From Alphaproteobacteria bacterium (GTDB taxonomy: Bacteria; Pseudomonadota; Alphaproteobacteria; Rickettsiales; SXRF01): a DNA stretch of 64,000 nt. This document shows, piece after piece, positions 27,101 through 35,632 of this stretch. The notes below the pieces were generated by a model. That model was given only the letters and a program-made list of their open reading frames with translations. It did not search any database and was not told the origin of the DNA. Both the position numbers and the translations under genes were made by a program. Location of the stretch: NCBI GenBank assembly GCA_025362975.1, contig JANYES010000011.1, positions 65,581 through 129,580 on the forward strand. Reading direction: 5' to 3'. Numbering within the stretch: position 1 is the first letter of the stretch; the number at the start of each line of letters is the position of its first letter.

Positions 27101-28705
27101 TTTAAAGTGACGGCTGAAATCGCGCGTTTGCGCCATGCAACGCCGGGGGTAATGCTGATTTCGCCGCCGCCGCACCATGATATTTATTCCATCGAAGATC
27201 TGGCGCAGCTGATTTACGATTTAAAGCAGATCAACCCGGATGCGTTTGTGTCGGTGAAACTCGTGTCGCAATCGGGCATCGGTACGATTGCTAGCGGCGT
27301 TGCCAAGGCGATGGCCGATAAGATCGTGATTTCCGGGCATTCCGGCGGCACGGGCGCCTCATCGTGGTCGAGCATCAAGCATGCGGGCATTCCGTGGGAA
27401 ATGGGGCTTGCTGAGGCCAATCAGGTGCTGACGCTGAACCGCATGCGCCACCGTGTGCGTTTGCAAACGGATGGGGGGTTGAAAACCGGACGCGATATCG
27501 TGATTGCGGCCATGCTGGGAGCGGAAGAATATGCGCTCGGCACGGCAGCGCTTGTGGCGATGGGGTGTCTGATGGTGCGCCAGTGCCACATGAATACGTG
27601 CCCTGTGGGCATTACCACGCAGGACCCGGCGCTTCGCGCCAAGTTTGAAGGCACGGTGGAAAAAGTGGTGAATCTGTTCAGCTTCGTGGCTGAGGAAACC
27701 CGCGAAATTCTTGCGTCGCTCGGCTTTACCAGCCTGAATGAAATCATCGGCAGGTCGGATTTGCTGACGCAGGTTAGCCGTGGTAGCGAGGACCTTGTGG
27801 ACCTAGATCTCAACAACCTGCTGGCGCAGGCCGATACCGGCGCTAATGCGCGTTATTTCACGCTCAACGGCCGCAACGAAGTGCCCGATACGCTCGACGC
27901 GCAGATGCTTAAGGACGCGCACAGCGCTCTCAAGCGCGGCGAAAAAATCCAATTGGCTTACACGGTGCGCAATACCATGCGCGCTGTGGGCACACGATTG
28001 TCGTCGATGATGTCGCGCCGCTTCAACACGTCGCAGTTGCAGCCTGACCATATTACGCTGCGCCTTCGCGGTTCGGCGGGGCAGTCGCTCGGCGCGTTTG
28101 CCGTGCGCGGGCTTAAGATTGAGCTGTACGGGGATGCGAATGATTATGTGGGCAAAGGGTTGTCGGGCGCTACCATCGTGATCCGCCCTCGCCCTTCCAG
28201 CTCGCTGATTCCGCATGAAAATACCATTATCGGCAACACCGTGCTGTATGGCGCGACCTCCGGCAAGCTGTTTGCGTCCGGGCAAGCGGGCGAACGCTTC
28301 GCGGTGCGCAATTCCGGGGCGCTGACGGTGGTGGAAGGCTGCGGCTCGAACGGGTGCGAATACATGACCGGCGGCACGGCAGTGATTCTTGGCGGTGTCG
28401 GGCATAATTTCGGCGCGGGCATGACCGGCGGGATGGCGTATATTTACGATATCGACCAGAGCTTCGAAGGACGCGTCAACAAGGACACCGTGGTGTATCA
28501 GCGCGTCGAATCGCCACATTGGGAAAATGCGCTGAGGGAAATGCTGGTTGAGCATCTGACGGAAACCGGCAGTATCCGCGCGGAAAACATCGTCTCCGGC
28601 TGGGAATGGGAATTGCCGAAATTCTGGCAGGTCTGCCCGAAGGAGATGGTGTCGCGCCTTGAGCATCCGCTATCGGCGCTAGCCGCGCAAGAGAAACAGG
28701 CGTGA
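24176..28705 (+). CDS. gltB: Glutamate synthase large subunit
   Basis: About 1509 aa from ATG 24176. N-terminal amidotransferase ...HDACGVGFVA. FMN and 3Fe-4S region ...CHMNTCPVGITTQDP.... C-terminal GXGXG repeats. Confidence 0.95.
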   Translation: MAWSWDEDWNKRADALAKDGMYDHDSEHDACGVGFVAAIDGKPRRSIVESGIEALKAVYHRGAVDADGKTGDGAGINIQIPFEFFKDHLERSGQNLTSDRLAVGMMFLPKKNFAAQETCRAIVESEILKLGYKLYGWRQVPVKADVIGEIANDSRPEIEQILIAGKDGMDEKRFELELYFIRKRIENAVRAKAINDFYISSLSGRSLIYKGLFKAEQLTAFYPDLLDERFISSYAVFHQRFSTNTAPAWHLAQPFRMIAHNGEINTVKGNINFMRSHEATFYCDDFEGFEQDLLPVIPDNTSDTGALDSVVEILTRAGRPLPLTKLILIPPAWVRASDMPQAHKDMFSCLNSVSEQWDGPAAIAATDGDWIIAGMDRNGLRPMRYTITKDGIISVCSESGMVNVSDANIIERGRLGPGDILGIDLREGKLYRDRELKDLLANQYPYKQWSGNIITLNDIAKEAEKIKPAGLSPERLRLLQLATGMTHEDVESILHPMAEEAKEAIGSMGDDTPMAVLSEKHRGFHHFFRQNFSQVTNPPIDSLRERRVMSLFTRFGNDGNYLALDNSHSSILLVETPVLLTHELDTIKTHFAERVSEIDTLFDLNKGPNSLRMGLDRVLAKAEKAMRDGKTYIVLTDERMDETHAAIPMILAVSALQTHLVKHKLRKKASILVRTSECIEVHCCAVLIGVGATVVNPYLAEETLVNRHKRGLFGQKKLGDVLGNYREAMGAGLLKVMSKMGISIISAYRGGLNFEAIGLSRALVAEFFPGLPSRISGIGLAGIENQVKDIHLEAFSTPYSELPIGGFYRFRANSEKHAWEGTAIHTLQTSVGTGSYQTFKHYTDMVRRAGPVHIRDLLDFRPINPPIAIEQVESITEIRKRFVAPAMSLGALSHEAHQTLAIAMNRMGAASNSGEGGEGPERYKPFANGDNANSTIKQIASGRFGVTAEYLNSATELQIKVAQGAKPGEGGQLPGFKVTAEIARLRHATPGVMLISPPPHHDIYSIEDLAQLIYDLKQINPDAFVSVKLVSQSGIGTIASGVAKAMADKIVISGHSGGTGASSWSSIKHAGIPWEMGLAEANQVLTLNRMRHRVRLQTDGGLKTGRDIVIAAMLGAEEYALGTAALVAMGCLMVRQCHMNTCPVGITTQDPALRAKFEGTVEKVVNLFSFVAEETREILASLGFTSLNEIIGRSDLLTQVSRGSEDLVDLDLNNLLAQADTGANARYFTLNGRNEVPDTLDAQMLKDAHSALKRGEKIQLAYTVRNTMRAVGTRLSSMMSRRFNTSQLQPDHITLRLRGSAGQSLGAFAVRGLKIELYGDANDYVGKGLSGATIVIRPRPSSSLIPHENTIIGNTVLYGATSGKLFASGQAGERFAVRNSGALTVVEGCGSNGCEYMTGGTAVILGGVGHNFGAGMTGGMAYIYDIDQSFEGRVNKDTVVYQRVESPHWENALREMLVEHLTETGSIRAENIVSGWEWELPKFWQVCPKEMVSRLEHPLSALAAQEKQA

Positions 28706-29151
28706 CGAAAAAACAGCGTGTTTATTTGTTTGCTGGCATTTCGGGCGTGTTCATGTGGGCATTTGCGGGTGGGCTGATCTGGGTTGTTTTCCATCCCGAA
28801 GAATACCCTGTGCTGTCAAGCTATTTGACGAAAACACGCAGCCTGCCATATCCGCAGAATATCATGCCAGCGATTGCCAAATGCTGGTATGTGCCGGAGG
28901 CGCAGTTGAAAGCGGGGATGGAGGCCATCGTGATTGCAACCTATAAGCAGGACACGACGCTGGAAAACGTTGCTATTCGCGATGAGGATGCCGAGCGTTA
29001 TAAATCCGACGCATTGTTCCACGAAGCAAGCGATCAGGCTATGAAGGCAGTGAAGGATTGCAGCCCGCTGCGCTTCCTACCGCCAACGAAATACGAAGAA
29101 TGGAAAGTCATGGAATTGAAATTCGATCCGGCGCCGGGGCCAAAGCCATGA
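28702..29151 (+). CDS. Membrane-anchored TolA/TonB C-terminal-domain-like protein (paralogue of 1861..2310)
   Basis: GTG start overlaps the gltB TGA (GTGA). N-terminal TM segment LFAGISGVFMWAFAGGLIWVVF. The C-terminal IAKCWYVP...AMKAVKDCSPLRFLPPTKYEEWKVMELKFDP matches the TolA/TonB-C pattern. Confidence 0.5.
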   Translation: MTKKQRVYLFAGISGVFMWAFAGGLIWVVFHPEEYPVLSSYLTKTRSLPYPQNIMPAIAKCWYVPEAQLKAGMEAIVIATYKQDTTLENVAIRDEDAERYKSDALFHEASDQAMKAVKDCSPLRFLPPTKYEEWKVMELKFDPAPGPKP

Positions 29152-29194
29152 TGCGTCACACGCTTTTGTCATTGTTGACGATGGAGAAATACCG

Positions 29195-29866
29195 ATGACG
29201 CGCCAGCTTTACCACACCCAGCTTTCCCCGTTCTGTCGCAAAATCCGAATGCTGCTGAAAGAAAAGGGTCTCGAATTCGAGCTGGTCTGCGAGAATCCGT
29301 GGGACAAGAAACTGGCGTTGTTTGCACTGAACCCGGCGGGCGAAGTGCCGGTGCTGGTGGAGCCGAACGGCACGATTGTTTCCAGCAATTACGCGATCGC
29401 CGAATATCTTGAGGAAAAATATCCTGAGATAACCTTGCTCGGCGTGACGCCGCAGGAGCGCGCGGAAGTGCGCCGCCTCATCGACTGGTTCGACCATAAA
29501 TTTGATTATGAGGTGACGCAGCCGGTTTTGTTTGAAAAAATCTTCAAAAACTACATGGGCGGCGGGGCGCCGGATTCGTCGGCGATTCGCACCGGGAAAA
29601 CGCAGATGCTGTATCACCTCGACTATATCGGGTATCTGGCCAGTGAGCGTTATTTCCTTGCGGGGGATAATCTGACGCAGGCGGATCTGGCTGCGGCGGC
29701 GCATTTATCGGCTCTGGATTATCTGGGCGATGTGCCGTGGGATTACAATCCGGCAGCGCATAACTGGTATGCGCTGATGAAATCGCGCCCTAGCATGCGC
29801 AATATCCTGATTGAGCGCGTGCGCGGTGTGCGTCCGCCGGTTTACTACGAAAATCCTGATTTTTAG
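29195..29866 (+). CDS. Glutathione S-transferase family protein
   Basis: 223 aa. N-terminal thioredoxin-like ...LSPFCRKIRMLLKEKGLEFEL...NPAGEVPVL...SNYAIAEYLEE. C-terminal helical domain. Confidence 0.8.
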   Translation: MTRQLYHTQLSPFCRKIRMLLKEKGLEFELVCENPWDKKLALFALNPAGEVPVLVEPNGTIVSSNYAIAEYLEEKYPEITLLGVTPQERAEVRRLIDWFDHKFDYEVTQPVLFEKIFKNYMGGGAPDSSAIRTGKTQMLYHLDYIGYLASERYFLAGDNLTQADLAAAAHLSALDYLGDVPWDYNPAAHNWYALMKSRPSMRNILIERVRGVRPPVYYENPDF

Positions 29867-29906
29867 GCCTGATTTTTAGGCCTGATTTTTAAGCCTGATT
29901 TTTAAG
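29855..29906. repeat. 13-bp tandem repeat x4 (CCTGATTTTTARG)
   Basis: Copies at 29855-67, 29868-80, 29881-93 and 29894-906. Copy 1 contains the GST stop (TAG 29864-66). Copy 4 contains the stop of the convergent gene (TTA 29902-04). Confidence 0.9.
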
Positions 29907-30744
29907 CAGCCCTTGAGCGGTCCGGTTTAGCGCGCGCGGCGAGTGTGCGGAAGGCTTTTGTGTAGGCGTCGCGGTCCTGTTCCAGGGCGGCTTTACAGGC
30001 GGCGTCCCATTCAGCACGATTGGCGGGTTCGGTTGCTTTGTGCGTGGTATGGGCAAAGGCACCGATAAATTTTTGCCCGTCGCTGGCAATTGCATCCCAC
30101 AGCGCGTCGCGGATGGTTGGTACGTCGTATTTCAGCGTGTGTGCGGCGACACTTTTGTCGTGCGCGCGGATGAATTTTGCAAGCTCCGCTTCATGGCGTT
30201 CAAGCTCTTTGAGGGCACTGGTGCTGGGTTTGAAAATCGGAATCGCCTGCAAGCGGACTGGCACGTCGGCGACCCACAGCAGCTCGAAATCTTTCTTGGG
30301 GTCTTTAACAAGTTCAGCGGCACGTTGAAGCATTTCCAGCGCGTTGGGATCGGTCAGCGGGGTTTCGCCGTCGGCAACGACGACGAAGAACGGTTTGCCG
30401 TTGGCGGCGGGCTCGTAGGCCTTGTAAATATGGTGCTGGATATAGACGCCGTTTTCAAAATCCATCGCGCGGACGAGGTCTTTCAGGGCTTTGGGAACTT
30501 CGCTGGGGATATCGTCTTCGGCGATCTGGTCGGGGTCGGCGAGGCAGTCGAATTTCCGCCCCTGTTGCAGGCCTTCATTGAGCAATTGCGCCACGGAGAA
30601 TTTACCTGTCGCGGGCGGTCCGATGACAAGCTGAAGCTTGCTTTTCTTAAAATCGATTGCTTTTTCAAGCGTTTCGGCGACGCGCGTCTGCTGGTCGTCA
30701 TTGCCGAAATACATGGGTTCTGCGTCTGTTTCGTTACTTTGCAT
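29902..30744 (-). CDS. Hypothetical protein with degenerate P-loop-like motif
   Basis: 280 aa. LQLVIGPPATGKFS is Walker-A-like but reads GK-F rather than GK[ST]. FFVVVADGE is Walker-B-like. The C-terminal half is helical. No family recognised. Confidence 0.5.
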   Translation of the reverse strand: MQSNETDAEPMYFGNDDQQTRVAETLEKAIDFKKSKLQLVIGPPATGKFSVAQLLNEGLQQGRKFDCLADPDQIAEDDIPSEVPKALKDLVRAMDFENGVYIQHHIYKAYEPAANGKPFFVVVADGETPLTDPNALEMLQRAAELVKDPKKDFELLWVADVPVRLQAIPIFKPSTSALKELERHEAELAKFIRAHDKSVAAHTLKYDVPTIRDALWDAIASDGQKFIGAFAHTTHKATEPANRAEWDAACKAALEQDRDAYTKAFRTLAARAKPDRSRAA

Positions 30745-30812
30745 GTGAAATCCGCTGCTTTATTTTCTATATTCATAATATACTGCATTGAATTTAACAA
30801 ATCGAAAACCCA

Positions 30813-31832
30813 ATGAAAGACGCAATAAGGTCAAAAGCTTATGATTTAGGCTTCTCGGCGGTAGGCTATACCGAACCGAGCATTGCCGCGCATGTGCAGA
30901 TGGGGTTGCAGGCGTTCGTCGAAGGCGGGTATCACGGCGATATGGCATGGATGGCGACGAATCTTGAAAAGCGCGGCGATCCGAAGACGCTGTGGCCGGA
31001 GGCGCAATCGGTGATCATGATCGGGCATAATTACGGGCCGGATTTCAATCCGATGGATAAGTTGGAAAACCATAGCAACGGCACCATCTCCGCCTATGCG
31101 CTGAATGCGGATTATCATGACGTGATGAAAAAACGCCTGCGGGAGCTGGCAAGCTGGATTGCGCAGCAGCATGGCTGCGACGTTAAACTGTTCGTCGACA
31201 CCGCACCGGTGATGGAAAAAGCGCTCGCTGCCCAGGCGGGCATTGGCTGGCAGGGTAAGCATACGTGCTTAGTCAGCCGTGAGTTCGGCTCGTGGCTGTT
31301 CCTTGGCGCGATCTTTACCACGCTCAAATTTGATGCCGACCTGGCCGAGACCAACCACTGTGGCAACTGCACGCGCTGCCTTGATATCTGCCCCACGCAG
31401 GCGTTTACGGCCAGCGGCAAGCTGGATGCGCGCAGATGCATCGCGTATCTGACCATCGAACATAAAGGACAGGTGCCGCTGGAATTTCGCAAGGCCATCG
31501 GCAATCGCATTTACGGTTGCGACGACTGCCTTGCGGTATGCCCGTGGAACAAATTTGCGCAGGCCTCTTCAGAGGCCGCCTATCATCCGCGCAAAGCGCT
31601 GGAAGCGCCGCTGCTGGGGGATTTAATGAAACTGGACGACGCGGCGTTTCGCGTGCTGTTCTCTAAATCGCCGGTCAAGCGCATTGGGCGGGACCGGTTC
31701 GTGCGCAACGTGCTGATTGCAGCGGGAAATAGTGGTGACGCGTCCCTTATCCCCGACATACGCGAGCGGTTGGCGGATGACTCGCCGTTGGTGGCGGAAA
31801 TGGCGGCATGGGCGTTGCAATGTCTTACATAA
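30813..31832 (+). CDS. queG: Epoxyqueuosine reductase
   Basis: 339 aa. 4Fe-4S motifs CGNCTRCLDICPTQAF and CDDCLAVCPWNKF. Conserved ...GWQGKHTCLVS.... Confidence 0.85.
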   Translation: MKDAIRSKAYDLGFSAVGYTEPSIAAHVQMGLQAFVEGGYHGDMAWMATNLEKRGDPKTLWPEAQSVIMIGHNYGPDFNPMDKLENHSNGTISAYALNADYHDVMKKRLRELASWIAQQHGCDVKLFVDTAPVMEKALAAQAGIGWQGKHTCLVSREFGSWLFLGAIFTTLKFDADLAETNHCGNCTRCLDICPTQAFTASGKLDARRCIAYLTIEHKGQVPLEFRKAIGNRIYGCDDCLAVCPWNKFAQASSEAAYHPRKALEAPLLGDLMKLDDAAFRVLFSKSPVKRIGRDRFVRNVLIAAGNSGDASLIPDIRERLADDSPLVAEMAAWALQCLT

Positions 31833-31848
31833 GTGATAAAATAGGATA

Positions 31849-32205
31849 ATGGCTGAAAAATACGAAATAAGCGTCCGCGACCCGGACGGCCAGGTTGTCG
31901 GAAAACTGGATGTTGAAAAAGCGGGCACGCATGTGCCAGCAGGACCGCACCAGTTCCAGTACAAAATCACCGGCTATAACAATAACGACGTCCCGCTTGG
32001 CACTATAAGTAGTAATCGGGTGAACACCTTTATTTTATGGGACGGCCAGAAATTCATGTATCCTGACCCCGAACGTTCGGCGCTTAATTTCAACGATGCG
32101 CTCACCCTCGCCACACAGCTCGTGCGCACCGGCGACGGACGCGCGCTCGAAGCCACCAACCAGTTTTACCTGCGACGTTGTTCGGCAGGTGTCACCCGCC
32201 TCTAA
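31849..32205 (+). CDS. Hypothetical protein
   Basis: 118-aa ORF, AGGA upstream. Compact same-strand spacing between queG and grxC. No motif recognised. Confidence 0.45.
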   Translation: MAEKYEISVRDPDGQVVGKLDVEKAGTHVPAGPHQFQYKITGYNNNDVPLGTISSNRVNTFILWDGQKFMYPDPERSALNFNDALTLATQLVRTGDGRALEATNQFYLRRCSAGVTRL

Positions 32206-32215
32206 CGGAGAATGT

Positions 32216-32470
32216 ATGTCCACTGTCACCATGTACACCAAAGACTACTGCCCTTACTGCACGAAGGCGAAAAACTTTCTGAAACGCAAGGGAATCGAGC
32301 AGATTCAGGAAATCGACATCACGCATGACGAAGCGTTGCAGCAGGAAATGATCGACAAATCCGGCGGGCGCAAAACAGTGCCGCAGATTTTCATCAACGG
32401 CGCGCATGTCGGTGGTTGCGATGATTTGATGGCGCTCGACACAGACAAACTCGCAGCCATGCTCGGCTGA
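32216..32470 (+). CDS. grxC: Glutaredoxin 3
   Basis: From ATG 32216 (GGAG upstream): MSTVTMYTKDYCPYCTKAKNFLKRKGI...RKTVPQIFINGAHVGGCDDL. CPYC active site, 84 aa. Confidence 0.9.
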   Translation: MSTVTMYTKDYCPYCTKAKNFLKRKGIEQIQEIDITHDEALQQEMIDKSGGRKTVPQIFINGAHVGGCDDLMALDTDKLAAMLG

Positions 32471-32752
32471 GCGCGACACCGTTTTACTTCAATAAAAAAT
32501 TCCGGGTCCGCTATAATCGCGCAGGAGATGTTGCGATTATGCAACAGCACTAAGCTTTCTAATTTTCATACCTCTTACCACTACATATAGTTAGTGCAGC
32601 AATGGTGAATTTTGTGTAAAGATTGTCCAAGTTAATTAGATAATTATTTAAGATTGCGAAGACGTATACAGAATTCAATACACATTAGAGGCACATACAG
32701 GGTGTACACGATTCAGTTTTGGAATTCTTTCTGGAGGCAACGGTCGAAAACA

Positions 32753-33976
32753 ATGACCAAGTCACAATTAACCCAAAATTCCGGCCTCAACACGCTCGCA
32801 AACGACGGCCTCAGCCTTCAGGAAAAATACGAATACCTCGCTGAATACGGCACGCATATCCTGTGCCTGCTCAACACCGGCACCGGCTGCACGTATCTGT
32901 CGCGCAATTTCGAAACCATCACCGGGTTCGATTGCAGAAGCTTCCACGGAGATTCGATTTTCGGGCTGGTTCACCACGATTACCAGGAAGCGTTTGAACG
33001 CATTCTCAGCGAAACCATCCCGGAAAACCAGCCGCTGCACTGGCGCTGCAAACTTCTGCACGCCGATAAGAAATGGTACTGGTACACCATGTTGATTCAC
33101 TCTAAACACGGCGGCAAGCAGGGCGAATATGTTTGCATCATGGAAAATATTCATGACTCCATCCAGACGCAGGGCATTTTGCAGAAAGCGAAGCTCGAAG
33201 CCGAGCTGGCGCTACGCTCGCGCTCGGAGTTCCTGTCCAATATGAGTCATGAGCTGCGCACGCCGCTGAACGCCATCATCGGGTTTTCGCAGATTATCGA
33301 AAGCGAAATTTTCGGACGAATCGAGCACCCGCAATACCGCGAATACATCCGCCATATCCACGAAAGCGGGTATGATTTACTGGCCAAGATTGAAGATTTG
33401 CTGGAAATCGCCAATATCGATGCCGGGCGCGTCACGCTGTCGCGCGAGGAAATCAGCGCCGAGGATATTTTCCGCCATGTGATCGACACGCAGACCCATC
33501 ACGCCATGTCGGCGCAGGTTGCGCTCAATGCAGCATGCGCGCCGGAACATATTTTGCTGCATGTGGACCGGCTGAAACTTCAGCACATCCTTGGCCATCT
33601 TGTGTCGAACGCCATCAAATTCTCGCCGCAGGGCACCGATATTTTCCTTAATGCTGATATCACCGAGCAGGGACTGCGCATCTGCGTACAGGATAACGGC
33701 ACGGGCATGACCGGGGCGAAGCTTAACGCCATCGTGCGCGCGTTGCAGGAAGATAATTGCTGGAGCGTCAGCCATGACAACCAGAGCATCGGGCTTGGAC
33801 TGGCGCTTACCCGCGAATTCGTGGTGCTGCATGGCGGAGAAGTCGGCGTCGACAGCAAACCCGCGCAGGGCACGACGATTACGATCATGCTCCCGCCCAA
33901 TTGCATCATCCGCCACGCCGGATTCGACGACCGCGTTTACGACAACGCCGACAGCTATATTCAGGCCGTCAGCTAA
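32753..33976 (+). CDS. Soluble PAS-domain sensor histidine kinase (orphan)
   Basis: H-box EFLSNMSHELRTPLNAIIGFSQ. HATPase N/G boxes (HLVSNAIKFSP, QDNGTGM, GLGLALTREFVVLHGGEV). No TM segment and no adjacent response regulator. The start is uncertain (ATG 32753 or 32654). Confidence 0.8.
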   Translation: MTKSQLTQNSGLNTLANDGLSLQEKYEYLAEYGTHILCLLNTGTGCTYLSRNFETITGFDCRSFHGDSIFGLVHHDYQEAFERILSETIPENQPLHWRCKLLHADKKWYWYTMLIHSKHGGKQGEYVCIMENIHDSIQTQGILQKAKLEAELALRSRSEFLSNMSHELRTPLNAIIGFSQIIESEIFGRIEHPQYREYIRHIHESGYDLLAKIEDLLEIANIDAGRVTLSREEISAEDIFRHVIDTQTHHAMSAQVALNAACAPEHILLHVDRLKLQHILGHLVSNAIKFSPQGTDIFLNADITEQGLRICVQDNGTGMTGAKLNAIVRALQEDNCWSVSHDNQSIGLGLALTREFVVLHGGEVGVDSKPAQGTTITIMLPPNCIIRHAGFDDRVYDNADSYIQAVS

Positions 33977-33996
33977 CAACCCAATTCAGTATCATC

Positions 33997-34587
33997 ATGG
34001 ATAAGCCAAAGGCAGCCGCCGATATTATCGCCAACGCACTGCCCGATATTCCGTTCGACGGCTGGAACCAGCATGTGCTGAAGAAAGCCGCCCTTGTCGC
34101 GGGTTATAAGAAGACGGACGTCATCCGTATTTTCCCGGGTGGTGCCATCGAGGCGGCTGAAATGTTTATGCGCTATTACGACAGCGCGCTGTCCGAAGCG
34201 TTGCAGGGATATTACCTCGACCAGTTGAAAATCCGTGAACGCATCACTACTGCCGTGCGCGTAAAACTCGAGCTGATGGAGCCGCAACGCGAAGCGATTC
34301 GCAAGACGTTGGCATTGCTGGGCTTGCCGTTTTATATGCACCGGTCGCTGAAGCTGCTGTATGAAACGGTGGACAATATCTGGTATCTGGTCGGTGATAA
34401 TTCGACCGATTTCAACTTCTATACTAAACGACTGACGCTTGCGGGCGTTTGGTCTACCACGCTTGTGTTCTGGCTGGATGATAAAAGCTCCGGCTGCGCC
34501 AACACGTGGGAGTTTCTTGATCGCCGCATCAATGATGTGATGGTGATTGAAAAGGTGAAGCAGCAATTTAAGAAAAAATTCTTCTGA
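33997..34587 (+). CDS. COQ9-family (ubiquinone biosynthesis COQ9-like) protein
   Basis: From ATG 33997. ...DIPFDGWN...IFPGGAIEAAEMF... and the hallmark GDNSTDFNFYTKRLTLAGVW..T..FW..D.S. Confidence 0.75.
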   Translation: MDKPKAAADIIANALPDIPFDGWNQHVLKKAALVAGYKKTDVIRIFPGGAIEAAEMFMRYYDSALSEALQGYYLDQLKIRERITTAVRVKLELMEPQREAIRKTLALLGLPFYMHRSLKLLYETVDNIWYLVGDNSTDFNFYTKRLTLAGVWSTTLVFWLDDKSSGCANTWEFLDRRINDVMVIEKVKQQFKKKFF

Positions 34588-35556
34588 TTACATCGCGCAC
34601 AGGCAGCGTTTGATACCGGCATTGATCGTGCAGGTCGGGTTGCCGCCGCTGCAATAACCACCGCCGCTAAGGCCCGGGGCGCCGCCGACATTGCCGCCTA
34701 CCGTGCCTGCGCCCGCGCCGGCGGCGTTGAGATTAAACGGCTGCGCCATGATGCTTGAGGGCAGCAGGTAGTTCCCGCGCGCGGAGAAGGTGAGCAAATC
34801 GTCGAACGAATCTGTGGCGTCGCTGGCGTTGAGGGTGATGTCTTTTTGTACGAAAGTGCCTTCGAAACCGGTGGAAACGCCGGTGCTATCGCAGTCGCAG
34901 TTATTCAGCTCGGAGATGTTGGTGGAGCTGACGTTCAGGCGCGTGGTGCCGCCGTTGCGTGGATACGCCCCCTGCCCGTTTAAACCTAAGCTTACGAGTA
35001 CCTGACAGGCAATCGTGGATTTAACCACACCTTCGGCGTTTAGAATCGTCATGCGGGTGGATACGTCATAGGTGGAACTCACCGCGAACGCGCCCGGCAG
35101 TGTCATGTCTCGGCTGACGGCGTAAATAAAGCGCCTGCCCCAACCGTCGAAGGCGTAATCGTCCGGCAGCCCGATGGTTTTGACCGGCAGCATACCTTCG
35201 CGCGCATCCTGCGGGCCGAGGGACGGAGTCTGGCTGAAATTGGAAGTTGGCGCGCCGCCGGTGCAACTGCCGGGATTAGCGGCTTCATAGCCGAAATTGA
35301 CCTGATTGATGGCAAGCGTGGCGTCGGCGGGGCATGGCAAGCGATTAAACGCGAGGCGGTATTCGTAAAGCGCTTTCTGGATAGCTTCCATTTTGGCGAC
35401 CGACTGGCGGAACTGGATTTTCTGCAGCGTTGCCGAAAACAGCGCTACCAGCGAAATCGCGACCACGCCCATGATGACCAGAACGATGGTCATTTCAAGC
35501 AGGGTAAACCCTTGGGAATGTGAGCAGCCGCGAGGCTTTGCCATTGAGTGGTCCAT
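34588..35556 (-). CDS. Prepilin-type N-terminal cleavage/methylation-domain protein (long type IV pilin / pseudopilin-like)
   Basis: ...SQG/FTLLEMTIVLVIMGVVAISLVALF is the classic prepilin leader plus hydrophobic helix. About 320 aa, with a Gly-rich then Cys-rich C-terminus (GGGYCSGGNPTCTINAGIKRCLCAM). The start may be ATG 35544. Confidence 0.75.
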   Translation of the reverse strand: MDHSMAKPRGCSHSQGFTLLEMTIVLVIMGVVAISLVALFSATLQKIQFRQSVAKMEAIQKALYEYRLAFNRLPCPADATLAINQVNFGYEAANPGSCTGGAPTSNFSQTPSLGPQDAREGMLPVKTIGLPDDYAFDGWGRRFIYAVSRDMTLPGAFAVSSTYDVSTRMTILNAEGVVKSTIACQVLVSLGLNGQGAYPRNGGTTRLNVSSTNISELNNCDCDSTGVSTGFEGTFVQKDITLNASDATDSFDDLLTFSARGNYLLPSSIMAQPFNLNAAGAGAGTVGGNVGGAPGLSGGGYCSGGNPTCTINAGIKRCLCAM

Positions 35557-35602
35557 AGCAGTTACCGCATCAGGGTAACATGCTATGGATTAAATTTTTG
35601 CT

Positions 35603-35623
35603 AACGCAAAAGGGTTTTGCGTT
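35603..35623 (-). terminator. Stem-loop downstream of lpdA (possible terminator)
   Basis: AACGCAAAA-GGG-TTTTGCGTT, a 9-bp stem 10 nt beyond the lpdA stop. The T-tract is imperfect on the minus strand. Confidence 0.4.
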
Positions 35624-35632
35624 ATTTTACTG

